NCBI GenBank assembly: GCA_016839765.1 | Contig: JAEOTP010000095.1 | Span: 1 to 17,797, forward strand | Source of the DNA: Promethearchaeota archaeon | Lineage (GTDB): Archaea > Asgardarchaeota > Lokiarchaeia > Sigyniarchaeales > SOKP01 | Direction: 5' to 3' | Length of the DNA: 17,797 bases | In this document: in pieces, positions 16,395 through 17,797 of the stretch | Numbering within the stretch: the first letter of the stretch is position 1 | Layout of the letters: every line of letters starts with the position of its first letter | Program-made: the position numbers and the translations under genes | Notes under the pieces: generated by a model | Told to the model about the DNA's origin: nothing | What the model saw: the letters and a program-made list of their open reading frames with translations, nothing else | The model's database searches: none

Positions 16395-17471
16395 TTAAAT
16401 TATCAAATTATTTATTTCTAATGCATCAGCTCTAGCATTTTCTGCTTTTAACATTTCAAAAGCGTTTTTCAAGCAGATCTCAGCATCATTAACAATCTTA
16501 TTGATTATATCAGAAACATATTCTATATTATCGATAAGACCACTACTTTGTCCTAAAAGAACAGTGCCATCATCAACGTTTCCTTCATAACTCTTTTCCA
16601 ATTTCACTAAACTATCATTAATTAATGACATTGAAGTCTCTTCTGCCTTTTTTTCTACTTTATTTGAAACAGCTACTTTATCCTCAGCATATATATTCTT
16701 CCAAACCCTGGCTGGTCCAAAAACACCAGTAACAAGCTTAGTATCAGAAACATCCGAATTTATGATAACTTCTTTATATTTTTCGTGAAATTCACATTCC
16801 TTTGAAGCGATGAACCGAGATCCCATTGCTATAGCGCCCGCTCCCATCGCTATAGCCGAGGCTAAACCCTCCCCCGTTGCATATCCGCCACAGGCAATTA
16901 CAGGAATTTCAGGTAATTTTTGCCTTATATGTTGCAATAAAACTAAAGTGCTTATGTTTTCATATGATTGATGACCTCCACCTTCATTCCCAGTAGCAAC
17001 TATACCATCTAATCCATGTTTAGCAACTTTTTTAGCTAATTTTAGAGAAGGAACAACATGAAAATGTTTTATATCTGAACCACTATCTCTTAATGCTTTA
17101 AAGTATTTGTTATATACCATTCGTGGCGAACCAGCGCTTGTGACTAAATATTTACATTGTTCCTTTATTTTCGAATTGTTCATAATAAATTGTGGAAGTT
17201 TTCGACAAAGTTTGACAGCATCTGGTTGTAGTGTAGCAGTTCTAATGTTAAAACCAAAAGGTTTATCGGTATGTTCAACAACATACTTCATTCCTTCCTT
17301 CATTTTTTCAAGACTTACCGTTCCATGCAAAGTAATATGGCTTAAAACTCCTAATCCACCTGCTTCTGAAACAGCTACTGTTAATTTATTAGTATAAAAT
17401 GGACCCATTGGAGCTGCTATGATAGGATGTTTAATTCCCAACATTTGCGTTATGTTAGTTTCGATTACCAT
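16395..17471 (-). CDS. Nitronate monooxygenase / FabK-like FMN-dependent TIM-barrel oxidoreductase
   Basis: HPIIAAPM, AVSEAGGLG, EGGGH (catalytic His), PVIACGG, GAGAIAMGSRF and GQSSGLI motifs. GGTGA RBS upstream. Confidence 0.9.
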   Translation of the reverse strand: MVIETNITQMLGIKHPIIAAPMGPFYTNKLTVAVSEAGGLGVLSHITLHGTVSLEKMKEGMKYVVEHTDKPFGFNIRTATLQPDAVKLCRKLPQFIMNNSKIKEQCKYLVTSAGSPRMVYNKYFKALRDSGSDIKHFHVVPSLKLAKKVAKHGLDGIVATGNEGGGHQSYENISTLVLLQHIRQKLPEIPVIACGGYATGEGLASAIAMGAGAIAMGSRFIASKECEFHEKYKEVIINSDVSDTKLVTGVFGPARVWKNIYAEDKVAVSNKVEKKAEETSMSLINDSLVKLEKSYEGNVDDGTVLLGQSSGLIDNIEYVSDIINKIVNDAEICLKNAFEMLKAENARADALEINNLII

Positions 17472-17755
17472 TGTTTTTCACCTTAATTTAATTAGTAATT
17501 TTTCATTAGAAAAATCATTAATTAAATAGATAAATACTTGATCTATGACAATAATATATAAAGTTTAACCAACCTTACACAATTTAAGAAGTATTATCGT
17601 ATTATGGATATTATTTCAACGTAAAACCTTCTCAATATAATTTTTTATACTTCTTCTTTTTCATGTTAATAAGGAAAGAGAAAAACCTCCTTTCAAAAAT
17701 TATTTATAAATATTGCACATATTGTTTAAATTAATGGCTAGAAAAGGTGAAAATA

Positions 17756-17797
17756 ATGGTTAAATTCAAAAGGGGTCATCTTTATTATCCTGAAATA
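17756..17797 (+). CDS. 5' end of a gene truncated by the window edge (MVKFKRGHLYYPEI...)
   Basis: AGGTGA RBS 5 nt before the ATG, and an open frame to the end of the window. Confidence 0.55.
   Translation, partial: MVKFKRGHLYYPEI

Noticed and set aside
17107-17397. 96-aa plus-strand ORF
   Set aside because: Antisense shadow of the NMO-like gene.

Overview
AT-rich archaeal chromosomal segment, most likely from an Asgard archaeon of the Lokiarchaeia type. That assignment is inferred from a Rab-like small GTPase without a prenylation tail, GGTGA ribosome-binding sites, oligo-T terminators, iorAB and a membrane TIR protein. Most of the window is dense metabolic and housekeeping content. From left to right it holds a partial aldo/keto reductase, a polytopic membrane protein, the Rab-like GTPase, iorBA, a monoacylglycerol lipase-like hydrolase, a ribbon-helix-helix (RHH) regulator with a Cys cluster, a cluster of RNase H-fold-like, NYN and GNAT genes, a 4Fe-4S nitroreductase, a membrane M28 peptidase, an acyl-CoA dehydrogenase, a sphingosine-1-phosphate lyase-like PLP enzyme, a 2TM-TIR protein, a small internally repeated acidic protein and a nitronate monooxygenase/FabK-like flavoenzyme. 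The most striking item is missing from the ORF track: a stand-alone 33-codon gene at 12034-12135 (-) encoding MAKKKAPKKKPAPKKKSAPKKKPAPKKKPAGKK, a Lys/Pro/Ala repeat peptide resembling a histone H1 or histone tail, with its own apparent leader and terminator. No rRNA, tRNA, CRISPR array or transposase was recognised.
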